From the IMG/VR virus record IMGVR_UViG_3300042881_004014: a stretch of 60,861 bases of DNA, one strand, 5' to 3'. Numbering within the stretch: position 1 is the stretch's first letter; each line of letters begins with the position of its first letter. Source of the stretch: an uncultured virus (IMG/VR IMGVR_UViG_3300042881_004014). Lineage: Duplodnaviria > Heunggongvirae > Uroviricota > Caudoviricetes. The translations under genes were made by a program, and so were the position numbers. The notes under the pieces were generated by a model. That model did not search any database and was not told the origin of the DNA. It worked only from the letters and a program-made list of their open reading frames with translations. Positions 30,481 through 40,404 of this stretch are shown in pieces.

Positions 30481-30579
30481 ATAAAGTTATCAACAGCCAA
30501 TTGTGGATAAATAAAGTTATCAACACTCATAAGCCATTGAGGATGAGCCCGTTATGAAATTCTTTGTTCATAACTTTAT
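30481..30579. repeat. DnaA-box-like cluster between divergent promoters
   Basis: ATAAAGTTATCAACA at 30481 and 30511; inverted ATAAAGTTATGAACA at 30565-30579; perfect TGTGGATAA at 30502-30510. Confidence 0.65.
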
Positions 30580-31336
30580 TTTGCTATGTGAAATATTTTT
30601 TGTATCTTTGTACCCTTTTAGCCCCGTTTTTAGCTATCGCCAGGGTTTGTCACCATTGGCTTGGGATTCCGTAATGGGATTGGGATGGGATTGCTCGGAG
30701 AAGTGTGGTAAAACCATAGGGAGAAAAGCTAGGAGCTAAACACATCCCCCCTTAAGCTTCTCAACCCGGTTGATAGGTTGCTTTTCCACATCCTCTTTTC
30801 AACAATGTGGTAAGTGGTGGGAATTTGTGGGAGAAAGTGGTAAGGATTCATTGACATTAGGTGTTAATACCTCTTTATATCAAAATCAAGGAGCCCCTTT
30901 GGGTGGGGCTTTCGGTGTAGTTAAATTTTCGGGGGTATCACAATAGCGATTTGAGAGTGGTGTAGCTTGAGTGTGTAAGGGTTTCGTTAGCCCTCTATCT
31001 CTTCTACTAGTATTTCCTTTATCTTATCTATCTTCTCTCTTACTTCTTCCATTTCTTCTTTTCCTTCTACTATCTCTTCTATTTCCATTAGGGTGAATAG
31101 TATCTTTAATAAGACCTTTTGGTTTTGATTTGTTTTCATCTGAGTGGGGTGTTAGTGAGTTAGTACTTCCCTTATATATAGGGAGTTCTTTTGATTTTTG
31201 TTTATTCTCTATACGTTATGTATCTATACTACTACTATTACTATTCTTAGCTGATTTATTTTTATCATTGGTTTCACAGCTCCAGTTTGGATTGGACATT
31301 AAAAAACCCACCTTTTCGGGGTGGGTTAGGATTCGT

Positions 31337-31531
31337 TTAAATATCCGTTTCATTCTTATAGTGATTTTCATAATAATCTTCACTCATTAGAATTCCACCT
31401 ATCATTTGGTTTATAACCACAGCTTCATTCCAGCTATTATATTTGTAGACATTTGTATCCTTTACAATTACCCAATTTTTTTGTTGAGTAATATCCCGCC
31501 TATCCATCCAATTCCATTCGTTACTACTCAT
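31337..31531 (-). CDS. Hypothetical protein
   Basis: 64-aa ORF followed by terminator at about 31300-31328. Confidence 0.55.
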   Translation of the reverse strand: MSSNEWNWMDRRDITQQKNWVIVKDTNVYKYNSWNEAVVINQMIGGILMSEDYYENHYKNETDI

Positions 31532-32256
31532 TATAATGTTCGATTCATATTTTCAATTAATTCCATAAACCCCCATTGAAATTTCCTTCCAGAGTACATA
31601 TGAATATAGGAGTTCATTCTACCTAGTCCAAAATCCTTCCATCCTTCACCATTTGCTAGTAACTTAAGCGATAGCTGCTCCATTATCAATTCCGGCAGTA
31701 CTAACCGATTCCCAGTTTCCCTTGATTTTTTGAAATAGAATTCCTTAATAGCATAGAATGTATCCATATACAATTTCATATGCTCAGGGTTCTTAAACGA
31801 TAGTAACCCTACGTTATGAGCTCCATCCCATATTGGACTCCAATGTGGAAAAATCTCTTTGATTCCCCATTCATCAAATACTTGAATATTATTTGCATAG
31901 TACTTATCCCCAATTTCACCATCGTTAAAATCATATAGTACATCGTAACTATCAGGTATGATAAGTGGTTCTGCTAAAAACACATCCCCATCCATATGAA
32001 TAAAATCACCGGTTTCTCTTTTCATTGCTTCAAACTTCGGTTCGCACCATAGGTAATTCTCAGTATTCTTTTCCAAAAACTTCACTTCATTTACAAAATT
32101 CCCCAATTCGTTAGCTCCCCTTTCATCCGTATAAAGTGTAATTGGATGAAATCTTCTAGCCATTTTGATTGAACATTGAAACAATTCCAATTGCCCTTTG
32201 ATATAAGGTTCACCAAATCCGTTTGGTGTTGTTGTTAAGGTTTGTACTATTCTCAT
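31531..32256 (-). CDS. GT-A-fold glycosyltransferase-like protein
   Basis: LYTD, K, HMDGDVF (DxD), NVG, EQ pattern. Confidence 0.6.
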   Translation of the reverse strand: MRIVQTLTTTPNGFGEPYIKGQLELFQCSIKMARRFHPITLYTDERGANELGNFVNEVKFLEKNTENYLWCEPKFEAMKRETGDFIHMDGDVFLAEPLIIPDSYDVLYDFNDGEIGDKYYANNIQVFDEWGIKEIFPHWSPIWDGAHNVGLLSFKNPEHMKLYMDTFYAIKEFYFKKSRETGNRLVLPELIMEQLSLKLLANGEGWKDFGLGRMNSYIHMYSGRKFQWGFMELIENMNRTL

Positions 32257-32379
32257 TCTATTGGTTCTTTACATTGTGGACATACAGTTGGTGTTTTTGT
32301 ATAGAATACGTTACCGCATTTCTTACAAACTTTCATTTCATCATCACGCCATTCCAAATCTGGGTATCCTATATCTGAA

Positions 32380-33393
32380 TTATTCATTGTTAATAATATA
32401 CTTTTTCACAAATTCAACCCCATTGTTGATTTGTAGTTCAAATTTATCCAATCTTACCTTCATTATATCCTTAGCTTTTGGTATCTCACCTTGCCTCATT
32501 TTCAAAGTTGCATCCTTTACCTTAGATAATCCATCCACATCAATCAGTTTTATATTCGATTGAGTTCCAATCAGCGGGTCCACATTTTGTGGTACTGATA
32601 AATCGATTATAACTTTGGTACCTTCCACATCATTAAAATTTATGATATGATAGTCCGCATTGGTTGCTACTATAATGATATCAGCCAATTTAATATACCT
32701 TTGGAGGCTTGAATATCTATCACTTTTTACATCCAATTGTTTTGCTATCTTATCTGATAACGATTCAGTTCGATTCAATAACGTAATTTCGTTGGTATCC
32801 AATTCCGTAATGATATTTCTCATTGTGGCTCTACCCATCTTACCAGCACCAATTACCAAAATCGTTTTGTTCTGAATATCGGTTACATTTTCCTTAATAT
32901 ATTCAACAGCTGCGTTTGATACTGATACTGAACCCTCTGATATTTTAGTTTCTGAACGTATTGTTTTAGCTATCGATTGTGCAAAGTTGGTTATCTTTTC
33001 AAAATACCCACCCAACTTAGCTGAAATACCTGCCATTCTAAGTGCATCCTTAATCTGACCAGCCACTTCATAATCACCCAATAACTGAGAGTCCATTCCA
33101 GATGCAACTTCTACTAAATGTTCAAAACATTCCCTATCATTAATGTAATATGCTTCTCTTTTGAATAGTTCCATATCACCATCACCTACCAAAAGTTTCA
33201 AAAGTTCATCCTCTGGTTGGTCAAATGAATAGATTTCAGTTCTATTACAAGTTGAAATGATAAAAAAATGAAATAATCCGCTATTAGAATACCTTTCTAA
33301 AATAGCAGATTCAGTTAGTGCAAATTTACTTCTTACAGATAACTCAGTTTTTTTATAACTAATACCAACACAATTTAGTGGTTTAAATATCAT
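32380..33393 (-). CDS. hemA: Glutamyl-tRNA reductase (C-terminally shortened)
   Basis: STCNRTEIY catalytic motif, SGMDSQLLGDYEVAGQIK, IGAGKMG, DLSVPQNVD. Confidence 0.9.
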   Translation of the reverse strand: MIFKPLNCVGISYKKTELSVRSKFALTESAILERYSNSGLFHFFIISTCNRTEIYSFDQPEDELLKLLVGDGDMELFKREAYYINDRECFEHLVEVASGMDSQLLGDYEVAGQIKDALRMAGISAKLGGYFEKITNFAQSIAKTIRSETKISEGSVSVSNAAVEYIKENVTDIQNKTILVIGAGKMGRATMRNIITELDTNEITLLNRTESLSDKIAKQLDVKSDRYSSLQRYIKLADIIIVATNADYHIINFNDVEGTKVIIDLSVPQNVDPLIGTQSNIKLIDVDGLSKVKDATLKMRQGEIPKAKDIMKVRLDKFELQINNGVEFVKKYIINNE

Positions 33394-33629
33394 TCTTCAT
33401 TAAGGTATTTGATAAGATTAATAATTGTAATTGTGAAAAAAACCGGCCATACAATAACCATCAAAGCTCTTTCAAAATTATTAAATTGTAATTCATCATC
33501 ACCTCCTCTTGATAGGAGCCAATCATAAAACATAGTAAATCCAAATCCTAAAACTAAATATATTAAAATTTCTTGTCCATATTGTAACATCATAACTAAT
33601 ACTTTTTTGTTAAATTTTCCACATCCCAC
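33390..33629 (-). CDS. Small membrane protein
   Basis: Two hydrophobic segments; start uncertain. Confidence 0.55.
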   Translation of the reverse strand: MGCGKFNKKVLVMMLQYGQEILIYLVLGFGFTMFYDWLLSRGGDDELQFNNFERALMVIVWPVFFTITIINLIKYLNEE

Positions 33630-33787
33630 ATTTGTTGTGAGATTTCAATTTTTCTTTCTAATTGTATAATAGCTTCTTTTTGAGCTTGAATATACTCCTG
33701 CATTAAATAAATTTGGTGTTTTAATCTACCATTTTCTTCATCCAATTCCCGTTTATCTTTGAAGTATTTTTTAATTTTTTCTATCAT
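33596..33787 (-). CDS. Hypothetical coiled-coil protein
   Basis: 63-aa ORF. Confidence 0.55.
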   Translation of the reverse strand: MIEKIKKYFKDKRELDEENGRLKHQIYLMQEYIQAQKEAIIQLERKIEISQQMWDVENLTKKY

Positions 33788-34861
33788 TTATAGTAAGTGA
33801 GGTTTGCCTTCAGTTAATCCGGCGTTAGTTACTTGAACCCATTTTGGGCTGAATTCAGATATTGAATTTGCACCACCATAAGATAGTGCCGATTTTACTC
33901 CATCCAATAATCCATTTATTACATATTTTACTCCACCTTTATAAGGTATAATAGTTGATTCACCTTCTACGTTTCTAGCTGCCTGTCCATGTGATACCTT
34001 AGTTTCTAATGATGCTGAACCTCTATAACGTTTATACAATCCGTTTCCTTTTTCAATAATTTGACCGGGTGATTCATCAGTTCCAGCAATTAGTGAACCA
34101 ATCATAACACAATCTGCTCCAACCGCTAACGCTTTAGCAATATCACCACTTCCTCTAATTCCACCATCAGCCATAATTGGTACATTTGATATCGTAGCGA
34201 TATCCTCAATACAACTTACATTTGGTACACCAAACCCAGTTTTGATTCGAGTAGTACAAAGTGAACCTCCACCAATTCCAACTCTCAATCCATCTGCCCC
34301 AGCTGATTCTAATGCTACAGCTGCCTCAGCAGTTGCGATATTACCCGCAATGATATCCACCTTTTCAAATAGTGGATTTTGTTTACACCATACAATCATA
34401 TCGATTACATTTTGGTGATGTCCATGCGCTACATCGATAACCAAAATATTGGCACCAGCTTCTACCAATTTAGTAGCTCTTACCTTATCTTCTCCCTGAA
34501 CACCAATTGCAGCCATAATTGGAATTTGTTTAATTTCAGCATGCCAATCATCATACATAATTCCCCAATCTTCATATGGACCACCAAACCCATCACCATA
34601 GATTTTATAGCTTAACATTTTAATTTGTTTAGCTTGCTCTTCAATTGACATAAATCGGTGAATACATCCAACACCTCCCATTAGAAACATTTTGAATGCC
34701 ATATCTAATTCACACACCGTATCCATTGGGGATGCTACTAATGGATTCATTAATCCATATCGTCTACTTACCAATGTATTTAGATTAATGTTTTGGCGGG
34801 AGTTTACGTTTGAATACGCTGGTACCAATTGGATATCATCGTATGTAAGTGATTGTTTCAT
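33788..34861 (-). CDS. guaB: IMP dehydrogenase/GMP reductase family protein (no CBS domains)
   Basis: SPMDTV, DVAHGH, GIGGGSLCTTR, ADGGI, YRGSAS, VEG. Confidence 0.88.
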   Translation of the reverse strand: MKQSLTYDDIQLVPAYSNVNSRQNINLNTLVSRRYGLMNPLVASPMDTVCELDMAFKMFLMGGVGCIHRFMSIEEQAKQIKMLSYKIYGDGFGGPYEDWGIMYDDWHAEIKQIPIMAAIGVQGEDKVRATKLVEAGANILVIDVAHGHHQNVIDMIVWCKQNPLFEKVDIIAGNIATAEAAVALESAGADGLRVGIGGGSLCTTRIKTGFGVPNVSCIEDIATISNVPIMADGGIRGSGDIAKALAVGADCVMIGSLIAGTDESPGQIIEKGNGLYKRYRGSASLETKVSHGQAARNVEGESTIIPYKGGVKYVINGLLDGVKSALSYGGANSISEFSPKWVQVTNAGLTEGKPHLL

Positions 34862-34876
34862 GTAACTTTTTGGTTT

Positions 34877-35086
34877 TTATTTTGTTTGATAAACTAAGGT
34901 ATCCAATTCAGTAATAGGAGCGTTCATAAGTTTTCTATAAACTCTACATCCAAATTTCTTACGGGTTGATGCAGATTCACTATCCGCATATCGTTGTGCT
35001 ATAAATTGAGAATCACAAACTGCTACTAAGTAACAACGTCCGTTTAAATCACCACCCTCATATGCTAATATTACAAATGTTTCCAT
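34877..35086 (-). CDS. Hypothetical protein
   Basis: 69-aa ORF behind promoter at about 35104-35135. Confidence 0.55.
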   Translation of the reverse strand: METFVILAYEGGDLNGRCYLVAVCDSQFIAQRYADSESASTRKKFGCRVYRKLMNAPITELDTLVYQTK

Positions 35087-35128
35087 AACTTATTTTATTT
35101 ATACAAATATACGAAAAATTATCGATAT

Positions 35129-36841
35129 CTACAAGCTTTTCGATAAAATTTCTTCAACAATTTGAATATCTTCGGGATAATCAACTGCATGGGATTGGTT
35201 ATCTAACATAACCATTTTAATTTTATGCCCCATCTCTAAAAATCTAATGATTTCAATATCCTCATCATATTCTAATGGAGTTTTTTTACCAAAACTACTA
35301 AATTCTTTAAGGTGCTCTCTATTAAATGCGTATATACATACCTGCTTTTTGGGATGGTTACCATTACCTGTTTTGGTTCCGGGTATTGGATTCCTAGACA
35401 TATAGATTAACTCATCATTTAAATTGGTAATTACTTTTGGTATTTTCTTATCCTCTACATTTTCATGTTTGTTTAAATAAGACATACAATTTACAATATG
35501 GTTTGGATATTTCAACTTAGCTTGAATTACCTTATCAATATCAGTTGGGTCCAATAATGGTTCATCACCTTGGATATTTATAATAATATCAGCATCAATT
35601 TCCATTGTTGCTTCAGCAACTCTATCAGTTCCAGTTAAACAAGAATCTGAAGTTAATATTACATTATATCCATAGCTGTTAACTAAATCTACAATTTCTT
35701 CATTTTCAGTTGCTATATACACATTTTCAATTCCAACTGAATTCTTAGCTATTTCAGCAACCCAAATAATCATTTCTTTATTTTGGATTTTTGCTAATGG
35801 TTTTCCTGGGAATCTTGAAGATTTGTATCTTGCTGGAATAACAACTGCTATTTTTGGTTTTAATGTTTTTTCAATCTTTGAATAATCGTAAGTTTCTGAA
35901 TTTTCAATATCCAATAAAATATTCTCTATTCTATTTGGATTTAAAAATGAAGATTGTAATGTTTGTGGATATAATGGATGAATGTGCTTCATTCCACTTA
36001 TCATATAATTGTGAGTAAATCCCCAATTGTGAGTTATATGTAATGGAATCATCCAATCCGTTAAAACTTTATGAAGTGGTGATGAATTATATAATTTGAA
36101 TTTGTATTGCAAATATGTAACTAATTGTTCGGTCTTTACGTTTCCAACACCCCTACCCATTCCTAATAATGTACCATCCAACCACACTACACCTTCCTCT
36201 AAAGCAGATATACAATTAGCGAATGCTAATCCAATGTTATCATGTGTATGAATACCAATATCACATCCAAATTCTTTAAAAATTTTAACAATTTCTTTTA
36301 CTTTACTTGGTTCAACATTACCATATGAATCAGCAAAATATAATGCTATTGGATTAACATTTACTAATTTACTAAAATCTCGCATTTCATCATCCGATAA
36401 CATAGAAATACTCATCAAATTTATCATCAAATCATATCCTTTATTTTTTATATGATTTGCAATTCCAATTGAGTGGGTTATTTCAGAATGTTTTATTGCC
36501 AATCTACAAATTGAAAATGGTGAATCGGATTTTTGATGAATAATATTATCAATCAATGCAAAATCAATAGAATCTCCTTTAATAAAATCTTTAGCATCAA
36601 TCATAAATGCTAATTTAGAATTTAGTGGTAATCTATATTCTAATATTTCCCAAATAAATCTATCATTACATTTTCTAAATTGCCCACCTTTTAGTGGTGA
36701 TTTATAACCAATCTCAATAACATCCACACCAGACGTATCCAATGAAAATACTAAATCTTTAACCATTTTTGGTTCAAAATTCCAATTGGTATAGTATCCA
36801 CCATCTCTTAAAGTACAATCTAAAATTTTAACCTTTTTCAT
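35129..36841 (-). CDS. Fusion: DRE-TIM (HMGL-like) aldolase + KdsB-like CMP-ulosonate synthetase
   Basis: N-half DCTLRDGG, ADSYG, HTHDN, GMGRGVGN; C-half IPARYKSSRFPGKPL, TGTDR, NIQGDEP, YMSR, VDYPED. Confidence 0.88.
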   Translation of the reverse strand: MKKVKILDCTLRDGGYYTNWNFEPKMVKDLVFSLDTSGVDVIEIGYKSPLKGGQFRKCNDRFIWEILEYRLPLNSKLAFMIDAKDFIKGDSIDFALIDNIIHQKSDSPFSICRLAIKHSEITHSIGIANHIKNKGYDLMINLMSISMLSDDEMRDFSKLVNVNPIALYFADSYGNVEPSKVKEIVKIFKEFGCDIGIHTHDNIGLAFANCISALEEGVVWLDGTLLGMGRGVGNVKTEQLVTYLQYKFKLYNSSPLHKVLTDWMIPLHITHNWGFTHNYMISGMKHIHPLYPQTLQSSFLNPNRIENILLDIENSETYDYSKIEKTLKPKIAVVIPARYKSSRFPGKPLAKIQNKEMIIWVAEIAKNSVGIENVYIATENEEIVDLVNSYGYNVILTSDSCLTGTDRVAEATMEIDADIIINIQGDEPLLDPTDIDKVIQAKLKYPNHIVNCMSYLNKHENVEDKKIPKVITNLNDELIYMSRNPIPGTKTGNGNHPKKQVCIYAFNREHLKEFSSFGKKTPLEYDEDIEIIRFLEMGHKIKMVMLDNQSHAVDYPEDIQIVEEILSKSL

Positions 36842-36845
36842 AAAT

Positions 36846-37229
36846 TTATTTTATATACTTTATGTGTTCTAATGTATCTGTCCAATTTTTAAAAGTAAAT
36901 CCTTTATCATCCACATAAACAAATGCGTTTGGTTTACCCCAAACTACATCCGAAATGTATTGTTTAAAATTATAAGATTCCAACCAATCCCAAATTAACT
37001 CAGTTCCTGTTTTATCATTAATCAATGGTCTGTTTGGGTTTGATTTGCAACTGAATATTACTATTTTATAATTATCACTTAGATACTTCAACGCAGTTTC
37101 AGTTCCTTCCATTGGTTCACCATATATAGTACCATCAAAAAATCCTTTAGAATCATTATGAATTACTCCATCAAAATCTAATGCAACTACCTTTTTAGAT
37201 TTTTCCAAAAACTCAGCAAAATCTCCCAT
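36846..37229 (-). CDS. HAD-superfamily phosphatase
   Basis: LDFDGVI, KP, YVDD. Confidence 0.8.
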   Translation of the reverse strand: MGDFAEFLEKSKKVVALDFDGVIHNDSKGFFDGTIYGEPMEGTETALKYLSDNYKIVIFSCKSNPNRPLINDKTGTELIWDWLESYNFKQYISDVVWGKPNAFVYVDDKGFTFKNWTDTLEHIKYIK

Positions 37230-37823
37230 TTATATTAAAGTTATGTTTGAAATATTTTTAAGTATATTAAACTCATAATTAATATTATGAGCCGGTCCAA
37301 CTATACCCGCTTTCTTAGCTTCTGCAACTTCATCATATGTGGGGTCATAATAGTGACCTGTTTTATTTCCATCAAACCCAATCAAATGAACATTTTTATT
37401 AAAAAATAAAGATAAATTTAATGCTAATGAGGTTCCAGATGTTAACCTAGCAGTTGATTCATTCATATATGGATGCGAAACATTTAATAATCGAGTGTTG
37501 GGTTGTATATGTAAAATTTCTCTTTTACTGTTACCACGTATTTCCGATGTAGTAAATAACTGAGTTTTGTTTACATATTTTTCAAAATTAGGTAGCATGT
37601 ATTTTGTATGTGGTAATGTAAAATCACTACAATGGAAAGATATTGCTGATACTTTTGTTCCAACATCACCCTCATACCCTTCTATTTGAAAATCATTAAA
37701 CCTAATTACACATTCATACGAATCTATAAATTCCCCTTGATTATCCATTTTACCATTACCAACTAATAGTACAGTATCTGGAAAACTTTTAAATAAAGAT
37801 TGTACCGAATCGTATTTTTGCAT
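37230..37823 (-). CDS. GT29 (sialyltransferase-like) glycosyltransferase
   Basis: Sialylmotif-L-like VGNG...IDSYECVIRFN...DVGTK; S-like TSG...LIGFD; HYY; VS-like HxxxxE. Confidence 0.75.
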   Translation of the reverse strand: MQKYDSVQSLFKSFPDTVLLVGNGKMDNQGEFIDSYECVIRFNDFQIEGYEGDVGTKVSAISFHCSDFTLPHTKYMLPNFEKYVNKTQLFTTSEIRGNSKREILHIQPNTRLLNVSHPYMNESTARLTSGTSLALNLSLFFNKNVHLIGFDGNKTGHYYDPTYDEVAEAKKAGIVGPAHNINYEFNILKNISNITLI

Positions 37824-37831
37824 ATCCGATA

Positions 37832-38239
37832 TTATTTAAACCATCCGATTTTCTTTCCTTCTTTTTTACGTCTATCGTATTCCTCAACTGAACCCGGATA
37901 TCTAAATGCCCATACCCCAATCAATATGAATGTAAATGCTGCATATCCAACAATTCTAAGTGGAACTGTAAAGTACATTGATATAAGTGAAATACTCATT
38001 ACAATTACCATCATAATTCTACCTTTGTTTGGATACACCCTTTTGGTTTCCCAATTGGTTAGGTATTTTCCAAAGATTTTGTGTTCATGCAACCACTTAT
38101 CCAATTCAGGAGATGATTTTGAGAATGCCCAAGCGGCCAAAAGTGCGAAGAAAGTTGTAGGTACACCCGGAGTAATCACTCCAATGTATGCACAACCTAC
38201 GAATAAAAGCCCCAAGGCTCTCCATAACCATTTTTTCAT
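37832..38239 (-). CDS. ybaN: YbaN/DUF454 inner-membrane protein
   Basis: PGVPTTFFALLAAWAFSKSSP...WL..H..FG. Confidence 0.8.
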   Translation of the reverse strand: MKKWLWRALGLLFVGCAYIGVITPGVPTTFFALLAAWAFSKSSPELDKWLHEHKIFGKYLTNWETKRVYPNKGRIMMVIVMSISLISMYFTVPLRIVGYAAFTFILIGVWAFRYPGSVEEYDRRKKEGKKIGWFK

Positions 38240-38244
38240 ATAAA

Positions 38245-38427
38245 TTATCGTTTAAGTATAAGTACTAATGCTAAAATAAATAGAACTATTCCAATTGGTA
38301 TCCAAAGAGGAGCAGTTACCCACCACCAAGACCAATCAATATAGTTTGTTAATTTTAAAGTCATAAAGATTAGGAATAATATCATACCCAATCCGATTCC
38401 GTTGCTGTTATTATTTGAATTTGCCAT
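38245..38427 (-). CDS. Small two-TM phage membrane protein
   Basis: LKLTNYIDWSWWWVTAPLW. Confidence 0.7.
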   Translation of the reverse strand: MANSNNNSNGIGLGMILFLIFMTLKLTNYIDWSWWWVTAPLWIPIGIVLFILALVLILKR

Positions 38428-38428
38428 T

Positions 38429-38995
38429 TTAATTAAAATATTGTTTTAAATTATTAGTTTCGATAGTTTTCTTTAATACTTCAACATATCTTTTATCCGA
38501 AGCGTAACTATTAGAAAGGTATTGGTAGTATTCTGCTTCAGTATTTATTGTTGCCAAATACCTACATTGGTAAAATGCGTAATCATAAACTGATTCTCGC
38601 CAACTTTGATAAAATGCGTGATTGTTCTGAGTTCCACCAGCAGTAGTTACTCTCTGCTTAGCTTCTTTCATTCCAAATAGGTTATGGTTTTCTTTGAAAA
38701 TATTACTTTTCCACTTACCAGTTTCAATCATAGACTGAGCCATTACAATATGTGGAAACTTAACGTTTAATTCCTTTAAAAGTTCAACCAATTTATCTTC
38801 ACTAAATTTATTTTGCTCAGCGGTCATATTCAATACAATCAATTCCTTTTCATAATTTTCCAATGATTGAATTTTAGCATACCTACCAATTGTAAATGAA
38901 ATAGCTACTAAACTAATACAAGTTAGTATAACCATTTTAACTGTTTTCAAATCTTTTTTGAATACTAAGTTTGTTCTATCGTACTTATAAATCAT
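38429..38995 (-). CDS. GH73 glucosaminidase-domain peptidoglycan hydrolase with N-terminal TM
   Basis: AQSMIETG, NLFGMK, YASD..Y. Confidence 0.8.
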   Translation of the reverse strand: MIYKYDRTNLVFKKDLKTVKMVILTCISLVAISFTIGRYAKIQSLENYEKELIVLNMTAEQNKFSEDKLVELLKELNVKFPHIVMAQSMIETGKWKSNIFKENHNLFGMKEAKQRVTTAGGTQNNHAFYQSWRESVYDYAFYQCRYLATINTEAEYYQYLSNSYASDKRYVEVLKKTIETNNLKQYFN

Positions 38996-38998
38996 AAT

Positions 38999-39250
38999 TT
39001 ATTTTTTTAATTTACCATTAATGTACTGAGTTCTTAATGATTTAGCCTCAATGTATTGAGTTCGTAATTCGTTAAGAACTTCAGCTTGAATTTCATCATA
39101 ATAACCTTTAGTTTCAATATCGGTTATCATTTCCCTTACCGTTTGAACTGTACTTGTCCAATCTTCCATTTGTTCATCACGCAACCATTCATCCAAATCA
39201 AATAAGAATTTAGATTGCTTTCTATCTAAAAAAATGGTTTTTTTACTCAT
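38999..39250 (-). CDS. Hypothetical protein
   Basis: 83-aa ORF; duplicated LRTQYI at C-terminus. Confidence 0.6.
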   Translation of the reverse strand: MSKKTIFLDRKQSKFLFDLDEWLRDEQMEDWTSTVQTVREMITDIETKGYYDEIQAEVLNELRTQYIEAKSLRTQYINGKLKK

Positions 39251-39348
39251 TAATTTTTAATAATTCACATAACTTATTATAGGTTGCCTGCCCAGATGAA
39301 CTCAACCTATCATAATCCCATCCCAACTCTTCAATTAAATCTTTAATA

Positions 39349-39642
39349 TCAGCTAACATAACATAACTTATTTGCTATTAGTAAAATCGTTTCCTCATCT
39401 TCTTTAGTAAGTCTCCAACTATTACCTAATAGTTTAGATACAGCTTCATCAAATGCATCACCATCGATTGAATTATTTGTTTCCGATAACCCTTTTGGAG
39501 TGAACCCCTCACTATAAAGTTCATCTACCAACTCCATTGCTTCAGCCAATTTTAATTTCTCAGCTTCTAATTTGTTTTTTTCATTTTCCCAAAACTTTTG
39601 TTTTTCTTCTTGGGATAGAGTTTTCCATTCTTCTAATTTCAT
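39349..39642 (-). CDS. Hypothetical protein
   Basis: 97-aa ORF. Confidence 0.6.
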   Translation of the reverse strand: MKLEEWKTLSQEEKQKFWENEKNKLEAEKLKLAEAMELVDELYSEGFTPKGLSETNNSIDGDAFDEAVSKLLGNSWRLTKEDEETILLIANKLCYVS

Positions 39643-39659
39643 AATTTATATTTTAAAGG

Positions 39660-40118
39660 TTACCAACTTGCGTTATATTCAAAATCATCCGCTATCTCAT
39701 CAGTCAAAATATCTTCTAAATACACAATAGTATTTAAGATACTCTTAAAGTACCATTCATCATATTCAGTTCCACCAAAGAAAAATCCACTAGATGATGG
39801 TAGTAATGTACTAGCTAAATCATTATCAGCTTCAACTTGTTTACATACATCCAATAACTCTTCTAATTTTTCTCTGCTTACATAAGAAGATTGACACTCA
39901 TCAATTCCATTCTGAACATTCTGAACGAACCAATTGTGGATTTGATTTGCCTTTCGCCAATATGCAACCTCTTCAACAATAAACTTAACACGCTCCGGCT
40001 TGATTCTTTCATCAACTTTACCACCGGTTTTAACTTCCACATCCATACGGTGTTCTGGTTTGTAATAATCACCACTACGAACATAACTCTTTTTGTACAA
40101 ATAACTGTCTAGTCCCAT
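39660..40118 (-). CDS. Conserved phage protein (MGLD...YWRKANQIHNWF...GFFFG...ASW type)
   Basis: Motif pattern recognised from phage proteins of unknown function. Confidence 0.75.
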   Translation of the reverse strand: MGLDSYLYKKSYVRSGDYYKPEHRMDVEVKTGGKVDERIKPERVKFIVEEVAYWRKANQIHNWFVQNVQNGIDECQSSYVSREKLEELLDVCKQVEADNDLASTLLPSSSGFFFGGTEYDEWYFKSILNTIVYLEDILTDEIADDFEYNASW

Positions 40119-40124
40119 AACTTT

Positions 40125-40322
40125 TTATTTTAATGCGTTTAATAATTTTTTATAATCTATACCAATAACACCCAACAGACCCATAGTTCCGGCCATAACT
40201 GCAACTGCCATCTCATTTAAAGGTCCTGCAAAGTGGATGTAGTTCTGAATTGTTCCGTTCATTATACCATAGAAGATATAAAATGAACATACTGCGATTA
40301 AAATTGCTTGATAATTTTTCAT
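40125..40322 (-). CDS. Small membrane protein
   Basis: Two hydrophobic helices. Confidence 0.6.
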   Translation of the reverse strand: MKNYQAILIAVCSFYIFYGIMNGTIQNYIHFAGPLNEMAVAVMAGTMGLLGVIGIDYKKLLNALK

Positions 40323-40404
40323 ATTTTAGGGTTTTAATTAATTACTCTCTTAATTACTTGTCTAATATACAACAAATATTCGATATAAACAAGCTTTTTT
40401 GTCA

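Noticed and set aside
30554..31390. Short plus-strand ORFs 30554-30739 and 31130-31390
   Set aside because: The first starts upstream of and overlaps the promoter; the second is low-complexity; neither has recognisable motifs
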